Of a stretch of DNA of 64,000 nucleotides, positions 16,161-25,913 are shown piece by piece. Source of the DNA: a virus. The stretch is from positions 14,848-78,847 of IMG/VR virus record IMGVR_UViG_3300022200_000031; one strand, given 5' to 3'. Under the pieces are notes generated by a model, which saw only the letters and a list, made by a program, of their open reading frames with translations, ran no database searches and was not told the origin of the DNA. A program made the translations under genes and the position numbers. How positions within the stretch are numbered: position 1 is the first letter of the stretch; each line of letters begins with the position of its first letter.

Positions 16161-16862
16161 TTAGAAGAACGCGGAAGCCAATCCTCCCATAACGCTGTTC
16201 TTCGCCATGTCAAACAAGCCTTCAACTAATCCAGCTTCTTCCCAATAATCATATGCAATAGTAACAGTTGCAGTAGCAACACTATTTTCCATACTATTAC
16301 CTAGTTGTACACTATTTAGTCCAATAGGATAAGCATTTCTGAGTTTGATGCTCTTCACTGGAACAAAGTTAACACCACCCATCTGCTGAATAGTAATGTC
16401 GGAGGTGTAGTTGTTCTTGAATCCAAACGTGTAGAAGTTATCGTCCTGCTTCTGTACAACAAGATCCATCCATGATTGCCAGTAGCTCCATGCATAGTAA
16501 TCGTTTGTTAGATTAAACGTCATTGTTACATCTTCATCAATGAACGCATTTGGTTTCTTAATACCACGAACAGATGTATAATGTTCCTGAGTGGTAATCT
16601 GGCGACCTGGAATGTTAACTGACTCACATAGCAGGAACATATCTCTAGGATCATTAATAAACGATTTAAGACTGAACGATCCACCAGAGATCAGCGAGCG
16701 AGCCGCATTACCTGCAATCGATGCAAAGTCTGTATTGATCAGTCCACCCAGACCACTATTACCTGGATGTGAAACATATATCGCAAATCTATTAGGGCGA
16801 GCTGCGCCACCTCTTCTTGTAATAGTCGATTTAAGTGTATCGACGTCCGCTGGCATTGTCAT
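16161..16862 (-). CDS. Tail-tube-fold baseplate protein (gp54-like)
   Basis: GGAARPNRF, LCESVNIPG and LRNAYPI motifs; synteny. Confidence 0.7.
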   Translation of the reverse strand: MTMPADVDTLKSTITRRGGAARPNRFAIYVSHPGNSGLGGLINTDFASIAGNAARSLISGGSFSLKSFINDPRDMFLLCESVNIPGRQITTQEHYTSVRGIKKPNAFIDEDVTMTFNLTNDYYAWSYWQSWMDLVVQKQDDNFYTFGFKNNYTSDITIQQMGGVNFVPVKSIKLRNAYPIGLNSVQLGNSMENSVATATVTIAYDYWEEAGLVEGLFDMAKNSVMGGLASAFF

Positions 16863-17446
16863 AATAGCATCTCTCTTGAATCTCTCCAGACCTTAGAAGC
16901 AGTTGCCTTCTGGAACTGGTGAACTGGTAAAAATGTTGCAATTTCCCAATCTGGTGGATCAATCTTCACGATCTTACTATCCACATGCGATGTTAGATAG
17001 CGATGATAGCATGGTTTAAAGTATCTCAACTTCCTCACTGATTTAATAATCTGGTAACGAGCACTGAAGCGAGAGGCCTCTGTGATGTTACTATCTGTTG
17101 TTCCCATCAGAGCATCAAGAAACTTGGCTCTGAGTTTCATTGGGAGGTAATGGAGATTGATACCATAAAACCCATTGGGTGCTTTATCGGCAAGAATAAT
17201 TAATGGAAAAGCATCGTAGTATGGTAGCTTCTCTCTTAATTTTGGATCATAGAAAAACATATACATATCCCCAAGACGAGGACGTGCAACCTTCTCTGTG
17301 GATGGATCTTTCAGCAACTTATGCCTATTGATGTCCTTCAGACTACGAAGTTTGTCTTGGAACCATTGGCGCGACTCCTTTGTGCGTGGAGTGATGCCAG
17401 CACGGAACGCCTCTGCTTCTAATGTTTTAAATAATGATTCTGCCAT
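16859..17446 (-). CDS. gp2: DNA end protector gp2
   Basis: MFFYDPK...LPYYDAFPL...GINLHYL. Confidence 0.9.
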   Translation of the reverse strand: MAESLFKTLEAEAFRAGITPRTKESRQWFQDKLRSLKDINRHKLLKDPSTEKVARPRLGDMYMFFYDPKLREKLPYYDAFPLIILADKAPNGFYGINLHYLPMKLRAKFLDALMGTTDSNITEASRFSARYQIIKSVRKLRYFKPCYHRYLTSHVDSKIVKIDPPDWEIATFLPVHQFQKATASKVWRDSREMLL

Positions 17447-17451
17447 AGATG

Positions 17452-17459
17452 TATTTATA
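17452..17459 (-). promoter_or_regulatory. T4 late promoter for the gp2 operon
   Basis: TATAAATA on the minus strand, just upstream of the gp2 ATG. Confidence 0.85.
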
Positions 17460-17461
17460 TG

Positions 17462-17490
17462 TTGACCTTCAATTGGTTTGGCAGTATAAT
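17462..17490 (+). promoter_or_regulatory. sigma70-type promoter firing antisense into gp4
   Basis: TTGACC-17 nt-TATAAT. Confidence 0.6.
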
Positions 17491-17517
17491 CCTACTGCCG
17501 CCGGAGGGGGGTGGGTA

Positions 17518-17961
17518 TTAGGCTAGCACCTTAATGTTAAGGGACTTCAATGTGTTCTCTGTCCATATCTGGAACTCCACATTATTGTCCATTGCAAACT
17601 CTCTTGCAGCGTGCCACTTTGATTGGTTCTTTGCATAGGTTAGAGACTCAGTGATGAATCGCTTGGTACGCTTTTTAGGAGTTTTTGGAGGCTTGGTCTC
17701 ACGGTCAGGTTTAATCTCAACGAGGTATCTTTTACCGTTGGCCAGTTTGAAGTAGATGTCGATGAAGTATCTATGACGCTTTTTATCAGTGGCACAGATG
17801 TATGGAATAACGATCTCCTCACTGTTCCACTCAATAACATCTGGATTATTCTCGAGCCATTTGAATACCTGGCGTTCCCATAATGATCTGTAAACCACCT
17901 TATCCGGATCGCCAACATACTTCTTCTTGTTTTTAACTTTATACTTTCCTTTGTAAGCCAT
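17518..17961 (-). CDS. gp4: Head completion nuclease gp4
   Basis: KYVGDP..VYRSLWE...HRYFID...LVEIKP...NQSKW. Confidence 0.92.
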   Translation of the reverse strand: MAYKGKYKVKNKKKYVGDPDKVVYRSLWERQVFKWLENNPDVIEWNSEEIVIPYICATDKKRHRYFIDIYFKLANGKRYLVEIKPDRETKPPKTPKKRTKRFITESLTYAKNQSKWHAAREFAMDNNVEFQIWTENTLKSLNIKVLA

Positions 17962-17968
17962 ATAAATA
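17961..17968 (+). promoter_or_regulatory. T4 late promoter for the baseplate operon
   Basis: TATAAATA upstream of gp48. Confidence 0.85.
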
Positions 17969-18000
17969 CCTAAGAAACTTTCACTTTGGAGTTATAGATT

Positions 18001-18912
18001 ATGGCACTCACACAACTGCCTGATATTACATTAGATCCAATTGTTGTCACAGCAAAGAGATCTCCTGCCACCAGATTCATTTATCCATCCAATACTGGTA
18101 ATGGTGGAGCGCCATTTATTCTATTTACCCGTCACAAACCAGTGTATGATGGCCAGGCAACAGATACGAAGCAGAAGCAATCTACTGCTATTACAGAACT
18201 ATCTAGTATAGCTATGTATATCCCCATCAACCTGTCGGTTAGTGATAGTCAGCAATATGAGAATGCTGAATCAGGCATGATTGGTAATATTGTGAATGCA
18301 GCAATGAGTGGTGATCGCTCAATGATGGATCTTCTCCCTGAGGACTTTGATCTTGAGAACCCAGACATCTCTTCAATGCTGACAGCAGCGGGTCCAGGAT
18401 TAACAGCAGCCGCATCCGGTGGTTTGGCTAAGGTGTTTGGCGGTTCGACATTTGGATCAGTATTGACAGGTGGTGGTATTCTTACTGGAGCCAGTAAAGC
18501 AGCTCAGGAAGCACGAAAGAGTACTCAGGCAACAATGAACCCAAGACAATTTGCATTATTTAAACAACCTAATATGAGATCGTTCTCGTTTGACTTTAGG
18601 TTTATCCCAGAGAGTGCTGGTGAATCAGACTCTGTTGTTAATATCATTAAAGAGTTTCGTACAGCAATGTATCCTGAGTTATCCAGTTCTGGCTTTGCAT
18701 ACACATTCCCGGATGCATTTGATATCTCATTTGAGAATGCAGCTGATATGATCAAGATTCCAGAGGTTGTATGCACCAGTGCAACTGTAACATACAACCC
18801 TAACGCTATGTCGTACTTCACACAGAACAGACGCCCTGTAGAAATTAATCTCTCACTTCAGTTCCAGGAACTGCAACCTATTCACAGAGAGATGGTCGAG
18901 AGAGGTTATTAA
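18001..18912 (+). CDS. gp48: Baseplate tail tube cap gp48
   Basis: NPRQFALF..PNMRSFSFDFRFIP...LSLQFQE; synteny. Confidence 0.8.
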   Translation: MALTQLPDITLDPIVVTAKRSPATRFIYPSNTGNGGAPFILFTRHKPVYDGQATDTKQKQSTAITELSSIAMYIPINLSVSDSQQYENAESGMIGNIVNAAMSGDRSMMDLLPEDFDLENPDISSMLTAAGPGLTAAASGGLAKVFGGSTFGSVLTGGGILTGASKAAQEARKSTQATMNPRQFALFKQPNMRSFSFDFRFIPESAGESDSVVNIIKEFRTAMYPELSSSGFAYTFPDAFDISFENAADMIKIPEVVCTSATVTYNPNAMSYFTQNRRPVEINLSLQFQELQPIHREMVERGY

Positions 18913-18913
18913 T

Positions 18914-19645
18914 ATGTACTTCAGATATTTTCCAAGAATTGATTATGATATTTACGGCACAGGTGCCACTGTTAACATTCCAGCATTTACCTCCTTTGCT
19001 ACAATCAGAGCCAGAAACCTTATTGATAATGTAGCATTCTATTCATACTACACTGTGGCGGATGGTGAACGACCAGATAATGTATCACAGACCCTATATG
19101 GTACACCTAAGTATTACTGGACGTTCTTCATGATTAATGAGAGTCTGGTGAACTACTATGATGATTGGCCGAAGGGTACTAACTTCCTAAAAGATTGGAT
19201 CGACGCAAGATACAGCACAATTGCAGCAGTGACCTCCGCCCAGGGTGGTACGGACGATATCATTTATGGTAAGTTCAATATTGGGGAGATTGTGGTTGGT
19301 CAGATTTCTGGTGCCACAGGATATGTTGTGGCTAAGTACCCAACAGATGGATACGTGGAGATTCAGCCTATCAGTGGAACATTCCTGGGTCAGGAAGGTA
19401 TTCAGGGAATTGACTCACAGGACTTCTTGTCTACAGAAAAGATCGTACCTAAGTCAATGGCTCCTCATCACCATATTGACATTTCAACTGGTGAGACAAC
19501 TATTCGCCGTACAGCAGGTACAAGAGCAGTATCATTCTATGAGTATGAGCAAGAGAAAGATATTGAGAGAGCCCGTATTCGTGTAATCAAACCAGAATAC
19601 ATTAGACGTGTTGTTGATGATTTCATTAGAGAAATAGGTAAGTAA
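18914..19645 (+). CDS. gp53: Baseplate wedge gp53
   Basis: MYFRYFP, LysM-like GERPDNVSQTLYG..YYW, YEYE...RIRVIKP. Confidence 0.88.
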   Translation: MYFRYFPRIDYDIYGTGATVNIPAFTSFATIRARNLIDNVAFYSYYTVADGERPDNVSQTLYGTPKYYWTFFMINESLVNYYDDWPKGTNFLKDWIDARYSTIAAVTSAQGGTDDIIYGKFNIGEIVVGQISGATGYVVAKYPTDGYVEIQPISGTFLGQEGIQGIDSQDFLSTEKIVPKSMAPHHHIDISTGETTIRRTAGTRAVSFYEYEQEKDIERARIRVIKPEYIRRVVDDFIREIGK

Positions 19646-19648
19646 ATT

Positions 19649-20920
19649 ATGTCAGATTCAGCGGCCCCAAAGGTCCTTGACTTTCTTGAGGTTAGTCTTC
19701 TCACATATAACGGTAAGGCATTTGACATTACTGATAATGTGGCAGAATTCAACTTGTATGAGGACATTGATAGTTTCTTCATACATGGGGAGATGACTGT
19801 ATTTGACAACTCTGCTATTCTATTCGACTTTCCATTTATTGGCCAGGAAGCAATCACCATTCGTTTTAAGCGGGTAGGAGATCTGACACAAATTGTAGAG
19901 CGCCAGTTCTTCGTTACAGGGGTGAATAATATCAGTCGTGTAAATGAACAAGCCGCCTCATTCATGCTAACTCTGGTTAGTTACTATCAGATCCTCAACT
20001 CACAAAAGACATTCTCGCGTTCGTATAGTGGCCTGAACACAGACATCATCAGTAAGATCTACAAGGATGCTTTTGATAGGGACTTAGATGAGGTATCAGA
20101 GGGTGGTACATCTCACAATGTAGTTATTCCATATAGTAAGCCATACGCAGCAATTAAAACACTACTTCAATCAACCTATGCAACAGATCGCACTCCATTG
20201 TATCTGTTTGAGACCCTATATGACAATCAGGTAGTACTGAAGTCCTGGGGTGATATGATGGGGGCTGATGTTGATGAAGAACTTGGTGATATGGGAAATG
20301 TTACTCCATTCAGTTTAGCCAACAAGGGTGCGGATGGTAAAGCAACACGTGAGGCAACTCAATGGCAGACTCGATTCGAGTTCATTAAGGTTAAAAAGGC
20401 ATACGACTCATTCAATGATATCGCACAAGGCAACCTGAACCATCAGATTAATACTGTTGATATCTCCCGCAAGAATTATTCTGAGTCTGTGTTTGATTAT
20501 ACAAAGAACGCAATGCCTCTAATGAATGATTATGTTCAGCAAGATATGCGCGATGGGATTACAAAGTATTCCCGCATGAGATTACAAAAGACAAATGATA
20601 TGGCATATCAGAACCTACCTGTTCTTAATAGTGCCACCCCACAATCACTTTCTGCGTTTGGTTCATATAGCAGAAGAAGAGAAACTACAGTTCTGCAAGC
20701 AATCGGTCCGGGCATGGAAAGATTGAGATGTGGTAGATGTGTATGGGTGGATATGCCATTGTATATGCCAATGCACTCACAAGGTGATGAGGAATTGGAT
20801 CTATACACATCAGGTAAATATCTGGTTAGTGCTATTTGCCATACATACACAAAGCAGAAGTATGAAGTGACCGTTGAATTGGTTCGAGATGGCTATAATA
20901 AAAATGCGGAGATTAAATAA
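19649..20920 (+). CDS. Baseplate hub protein (gp27-like)
   Basis: LYEDI...GQE..., SGKYLVSAICH; lies between gp53 and gp5. Confidence 0.65.
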   Translation: MSDSAAPKVLDFLEVSLLTYNGKAFDITDNVAEFNLYEDIDSFFIHGEMTVFDNSAILFDFPFIGQEAITIRFKRVGDLTQIVERQFFVTGVNNISRVNEQAASFMLTLVSYYQILNSQKTFSRSYSGLNTDIISKIYKDAFDRDLDEVSEGGTSHNVVIPYSKPYAAIKTLLQSTYATDRTPLYLFETLYDNQVVLKSWGDMMGADVDEELGDMGNVTPFSLANKGADGKATREATQWQTRFEFIKVKKAYDSFNDIAQGNLNHQINTVDISRKNYSESVFDYTKNAMPLMNDYVQQDMRDGITKYSRMRLQKTNDMAYQNLPVLNSATPQSLSAFGSYSRRRETTVLQAIGPGMERLRCGRCVWVDMPLYMPMHSQGDEELDLYTSGKYLVSAICHTYTKQKYEVTVELVRDGYNKNAEIK

Positions 20921-22131
20921 TGTTTTATATTGGTGTTGTTGAAGACAGAGATGATCCAAAGCAAATGGGTCGAGTGCGTGTTCGTGTGATGGGAATCCAT
21001 TCACAGAACATTACAGAGGTACCAACCGACACACTCCCATGGGCAACTGTACTGCTTCCAACCACTTCTCCTTCAGTATCAGGGGTTGGTCATAACTCAT
21101 TCCTGGTAACAGGATCGTGGGTTGGAGTCATGTTTAACGACCAATACATGCAAGACCCAATTGTGATTGGTACCATTCCAGGATACCCAGATCAGAAGTT
21201 GTCTCCATCTGTCGGGTTCTCAGATCCTACTGGTGTGTATCCCAAATGGACAGGGGACTCTGATGTATCCTACTCAGCACGGGGTAGTCAATTTACCAAC
21301 TCTCAATCATACGCAAACAAGACTCGTTTAAGAGATGGTGGGCCAGACATACAAGTTGCCATTCCTCCAAAGGTTACTTCGGTTCAGAAAGACAAGGATG
21401 ATGCATACTATCAACAGAAGCCATGGAATGAACCACCAGTATCAGACAATCACTCTCCATCATATCCAGATAATCATGTATATGAAACAGAGACAGGTCA
21501 TCTATTAGAGTTTGATGACACTGCCAACAATAGAAGATATCATCGCTACCATCCAGCTGGTTCGTTTGAAGAGATCTATGATGATGGAACCCGATTGATT
21601 AAAGTGGTTGGTCAGGATTATGAGATGATCCTCAATGGTAAGAATATGTATGTCAGCGGCAATCTTAATGTTACTGTTACTGGCAATATGCGTCAGTTGG
21701 TATATGGTAACTACCATCTTGAGGTGGAGAAAGATTACACAATTAATGTCAAGGGATCTATTCAACAAAAGGTTGGTGGTAACTGGGAAGCTGAGATCGT
21801 CAAGAATCGCGCATTCAATGTTGGTGCTAATGATAACCTAACGGTTATGCAGAACCAAGTTGTTACTGTGATGGGGGATAAGGATGATACCATTGAGGGT
21901 AATTATGGAATTACCACAACTGGTAACTTTGACTCGACTACATTCTCCAAGATGTCATTGTTTGCAACAAATAATATGAGTCAGACAACTCTTGCTGCCC
22001 TGAATGTAACAGCACAGGGTGACATCACTACAGAGACCCCAGCAAATGTTAATGAAACGTTTGGTGGTAATCAAACAACAGCAATTACGGGCAACCTAGA
22101 TGTGGATGCTGCTCGTATTGATCTAAACTAA
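20920..22131 (+). CDS. gp5: Baseplate spike gp5 (OB-fold plus beta-helix, no lysozyme domain)
   Basis: GVVEDRDDP..MGRVRVR, YPDNHVYETETGH..EFDDT, and VxG repeats. Confidence 0.9.
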   Translation: MFYIGVVEDRDDPKQMGRVRVRVMGIHSQNITEVPTDTLPWATVLLPTTSPSVSGVGHNSFLVTGSWVGVMFNDQYMQDPIVIGTIPGYPDQKLSPSVGFSDPTGVYPKWTGDSDVSYSARGSQFTNSQSYANKTRLRDGGPDIQVAIPPKVTSVQKDKDDAYYQQKPWNEPPVSDNHSPSYPDNHVYETETGHLLEFDDTANNRRYHRYHPAGSFEEIYDDGTRLIKVVGQDYEMILNGKNMYVSGNLNVTVTGNMRQLVYGNYHLEVEKDYTINVKGSIQQKVGGNWEAEIVKNRAFNVGANDNLTVMQNQVVTVMGDKDDTIEGNYGITTTGNFDSTTFSKMSLFATNNMSQTTLAALNVTAQGDITTETPANVNETFGGNQTTAITGNLDVDAARIDLN

Positions 22132-22138
22132 GGAGTAA

Positions 22139-23350
22139 ATGATGGCTGGTTGTGAAGGCAGTAATCCATTACTAGATGCAGCTAAAGATATCAAAGGTGG
22201 CATCAAAGACCTTATGGAACAGGGTTCCAGTGCGCTAGGTGATCTCACATCATCGGTTAGTGACTTGACATCAAAGCTCGGTGAGTTCAAACCAGAACTC
22301 CCAGAAAACGCTAAGCTGGCCGACTTTATTGATAAGATGAAGAACTCCGAGACGGCTCAGGAATTTGCTGCTGCTAAGGCAGAGATGACAGAGAAGTTTG
22401 GTGAGGCGTGGGATGGAATGAATGATGAGTTAAAGAAACTTGGTATTGATTCATTTCCTCCAACGTATGATGAGACGTCAACCTTTCTTTCAAATGAAAC
22501 AGGAATTGATATGGGCGCTCTTGCATCTGGAGATTTCTCAAGTCTTGAAGCATATCACGCAAAGATGTGTGAACCAGTATGGGATGACAACTTAGGTGAG
22601 TACGTTACTCCTGATGGTTGTACTCCTGGTGCACTTCCAGACATTAATGGTATTCTATCAGGAGACTTCTCTTCCCTGGGTTTTGAAATGCCAGCAGATA
22701 CCAATGCATTATGTGATGCCATTCCAAAGCTGGAAGAGGTGGAAGTAGAAGAGCAGAAGAAGAATGATGCTGGTGAGTATGTTACAGTTAAGGTTAAAAA
22801 GCCATTTGAATTTCCTGACTTCTCTAAGGTAGCAACGGAAGTCCCTGCCACCCCTCCAGGTCAGGTTAAGTCATCCATCAGTGAGTACATTGAGGCTGTA
22901 GGCTACTACCAGGAAGCGAAGAAAGAAAGAGCAAAACACATCGATGATAACTATCACAACAAGATCATACCATACCTCAAATCTATTGGTGAGTGGCCAG
23001 ACAAAGAAGCTGTATCGGAAAGAGTATACAAAGAAGAAAGAGATAGAATCATCCGTGAGGCATCCCGTGCGTTCCTCTATATGGTAAGACCATATATGGC
23101 AGAAGTTGTTGGGCTCACTTATGATGAGTATCTGATCAGAACAAAGAAGACCCAGGACTACTCAGCAATCAAACTGGAGAAGTTTGTGGCCAAGTACTAT
23201 GATTCTGTTGGCCTTGGTGGATCTTATTATTTTGATTACCTTGTTGAAGCATATAATGGCCTGAATCAAACCTCACTGGACTTTAATACAATGTTCAAGA
23301 ATTACATTATCAATAAGTATCCAGAGAATGAAGATGGGAGCTTCTTCTAA
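22139..23350 (+). CDS. Hypothetical protein between gp5 and PAAR
   Basis: 403 aa ORF with AGGAG SD; no recognisable family. Confidence 0.7.
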   Translation: MMAGCEGSNPLLDAAKDIKGGIKDLMEQGSSALGDLTSSVSDLTSKLGEFKPELPENAKLADFIDKMKNSETAQEFAAAKAEMTEKFGEAWDGMNDELKKLGIDSFPPTYDETSTFLSNETGIDMGALASGDFSSLEAYHAKMCEPVWDDNLGEYVTPDGCTPGALPDINGILSGDFSSLGFEMPADTNALCDAIPKLEEVEVEEQKKNDAGEYVTVKVKKPFEFPDFSKVATEVPATPPGQVKSSISEYIEAVGYYQEAKKERAKHIDDNYHNKIIPYLKSIGEWPDKEAVSERVYKEERDRIIREASRAFLYMVRPYMAEVVGLTYDEYLIRTKKTQDYSAIKLEKFVAKYYDSVGLGGSYYFDYLVEAYNGLNQTSLDFNTMFKNYIINKYPENEDGSFF

Positions 23351-23619
23351 TGCCAGGAGTGTGTAGAGTAGGAGTGGATAGTGCTGGTGGCACGATTACA
23401 GGAATGATTCAGGATGGCAGTGTTAATGCAAACGGATCACCTGTATCGGTACATGGTGATCCTGTAGCTGGCCACGGTCTTCCTCCACATGCTGCACCAA
23501 CAATGGTTGCGGGATCAAATAATGTGTTTGTTAATGGCATTGCTGTGTGTAATGCTGGTGATCAGGCAACATGCGGACACCCTGCATCTGGCAGTGGAAA
23601 TGTTAATGTTGGTGATTAA
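23350..23619 (+). CDS. PAAR-like spike tip protein (gp5.4)
   Basis: H...H...GSNNVFVNG...GDQATCGH. Confidence 0.88.
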   Translation: MPGVCRVGVDSAGGTITGMIQDGSVNANGSPVSVHGDPVAGHGLPPHAAPTMVAGSNNVFVNGIAVCNAGDQATCGHPASGSGNVNVGD

Positions 23620-23623
23620 GAGG

Positions 23624-23631
23624 TATAAATA
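23624..23631 (+). promoter_or_regulatory. T4 late promoter
   Basis: TATAAATA just before gp25. Confidence 0.85.
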
Positions 23632-23636
23632 ACCCT

Positions 23637-24050
23637 ATGAACAACAAACCAGCACTAGCATCAAGAGAACAAGTTTATTCGGACTTTGATTTGAGATTCA
23701 TCCCAAATCCGAATACGGGTGACATCGCTCTAAAAAAAGATATTGCTGCAGTGAAGCAAAGTGTTCTGAATATTCTAACAACGAATCATGGCGAGAAACC
23801 TTTCCGTCCGTTCTTTGGTGGGAATCTAAGAGCTTATCTCTTTGAGAACTTTGATGAGGTTCAGGTAGCCATCATCAGAAAGAATATTAGAAATACATTA
23901 ACAAACCACGAACCAAGAGTTGCTGTGATCAGCGTTGATGTTGAGGACCTATCCTACAGAAATGCATTACAGATTACTGTTGAGTTTATAATTAAATCTC
24001 CAACACAGCAACAAGCCTCAGTGAGCTTTGTTGTAGAACGAGTAAGGTAA
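23637..24050 (+). CDS. gp25: Baseplate wedge gp25
   Basis: YSDFDL, AVKQSV.NI..T..GEKPF.P.FG, EPRV. Confidence 0.92.
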   Translation: MNNKPALASREQVYSDFDLRFIPNPNTGDIALKKDIAAVKQSVLNILTTNHGEKPFRPFFGGNLRAYLFENFDEVQVAIIRKNIRNTLTNHEPRVAVISVDVEDLSYRNALQITVEFIIKSPTQQQASVSFVVERVR

Positions 24051-24053
24051 GCC

Positions 24054-25913
24054 ATGGCAAACGAACAACGAAGATTGAATGTATCAGAACTTGACTTTGA
24101 CCAGATCAAAGAAAACCTCATTACATTTCTTAAGGATCAGGATGTACTAGCGGACTACAATTATGATGGTAGTGCAATCAACACCATTATCGATCTGTTC
24201 TCGTATGTCACACACTATAACGCGTTCAATGCAAACGTTGCTCTGAATGAGACATTCCTTGACTCTGCACAACTGAGACAATCTGTTGTATCCCACGCTA
24301 AGTTGTTGGGGTACACTCCTCGTTCCGCATATGCACCAAGAGCATTTGTTGATGTACAGCTAAACAATCCAACAGGTGTTCTGAACATTGATGGATCATA
24401 CAGAAATCTAACTATGGAACGTGGCACTCATTTCACCACACTGATTGAGGGTACCACATACGACTTCGTAAACACAACCACAATCGTTACCGGTCGTAAT
24501 GCAGCTGGTAAGTATGTATTTGAGAACGTTGAACTACTGCAAGGTAAATATCAAACATCAAAGTACATCTTTGATGTTGCAACTGATGAAAAGTTTAAGA
24601 TTCCTTATGAGAATGCAGTTACATCATCCCTGATTGTTACTGTCTTCGAATCCCCAACATCCAATGAATCAGAAACATTCGTTGCTGCTCCTATCCTTAC
24701 CTCGATTGATTCCGATACTGCTGTGTACTGGCTACAGGAAGCGCAGGATGGTTTCTATGAGATTTATTTTGGTGATGGCATTATTGGTAAGAAACTAACT
24801 GATGGTAACCTCATTCAGATTGAATACATCGTTACAGATATTGATGCTGCAAACGGTGCATCAACATTTACTTTATCAGATACTATTGAAGGTAACTCAG
24901 ATGCAACTATTACAACGATCACCAGAGCATCAGGTGGTTCTGCAAGAGAGGACCTTGCATCTGTAAAGTTCAATGCTCCTCTTTCTTTTGTGGCACAGAA
25001 CCGAGCAGTAACTCCAGATGATTATAAATCAATCATCCTATCTAACTACGCTAACGTTGATGCAATCTCTGTGTGGGGTGGGGAAGACAACAATCCACCA
25101 GACTACGGCAAGGTGTACATCTCTATTGCGCCAAAGGATTCTGAAACACTTCCTCAGGTGGAGAAAGATTACATTATTGCTCAATACCTTAAGCCAAAGA
25201 ATGTGGTATCCATTACCCCTACAATTGTAGATCCAACGTACACTTATATTTTCCTTGAAGTATTCTTCAAGTATAACCCAAACATCACTAACCTTTCTTC
25301 GGATGCATTGGCCAACAAGGTAAGAGAAACTATTACATTGTACAACAATGATGAATTGAAGAGATTTGATGGTGTGTTCAGACACTCAAACCTCCTTCGC
25401 CAAATTGACATTACAGATGTATCAATTATCAACTCAACTGTTCGTGTGTATGTACAGAAGCGTTTGGTACCAGAAGTAAATGTAGAGAAGCGCTATGACA
25501 TCTACTTCTCTGGTCCATTGTATATTTCTGACTCAAATGAACAGATTATTGAGTCAACTGAATTTACATATCTCAACCAGTTGTGTCACCTGAAGGATAT
25601 TGTGGTTGGTGGTGTACGCCGTCTGCAAATTGTATCCGGTAACGGTACAAATGAAATTATCCTGAACTCTGATGTTGGATATGTTGATGAGGCTAACGGC
25701 CATGTTGCTCTAGTTGGTTTTAATCCTTCTTCATTTGTGGGAGATTACATGACCATTACAGCATCTCCGAACTCTAATGATATTGCACCTAAGCGCAATG
25801 AACTTCTAATTATTCTTAGTGATGATACTGAGATTACTGGTGAAGTTGATACAATGGTTACTGGTGGTACATCTGCCGGTGTGAACTACACGACGACTCC
25901 AAGACATGGCTAG
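24054..25913 (+). CDS. gp6: Baseplate wedge gp6
   Basis: ELDFDQIK.NL, ETFLDSAQLR, FGDG, QNRAVT..DY, WGGEDN. Confidence 0.93.
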   Translation: MANEQRRLNVSELDFDQIKENLITFLKDQDVLADYNYDGSAINTIIDLFSYVTHYNAFNANVALNETFLDSAQLRQSVVSHAKLLGYTPRSAYAPRAFVDVQLNNPTGVLNIDGSYRNLTMERGTHFTTLIEGTTYDFVNTTTIVTGRNAAGKYVFENVELLQGKYQTSKYIFDVATDEKFKIPYENAVTSSLIVTVFESPTSNESETFVAAPILTSIDSDTAVYWLQEAQDGFYEIYFGDGIIGKKLTDGNLIQIEYIVTDIDAANGASTFTLSDTIEGNSDATITTITRASGGSAREDLASVKFNAPLSFVAQNRAVTPDDYKSIILSNYANVDAISVWGGEDNNPPDYGKVYISIAPKDSETLPQVEKDYIIAQYLKPKNVVSITPTIVDPTYTYIFLEVFFKYNPNITNLSSDALANKVRETITLYNNDELKRFDGVFRHSNLLRQIDITDVSIINSTVRVYVQKRLVPEVNVEKRYDIYFSGPLYISDSNEQIIESTEFTYLNQLCHLKDIVVGGVRRLQIVSGNGTNEIILNSDVGYVDEANGHVALVGFNPSSFVGDYMTITASPNSNDIAPKRNELLIILSDDTEITGEVDTMVTGGTSAGVNYTTTPRHG

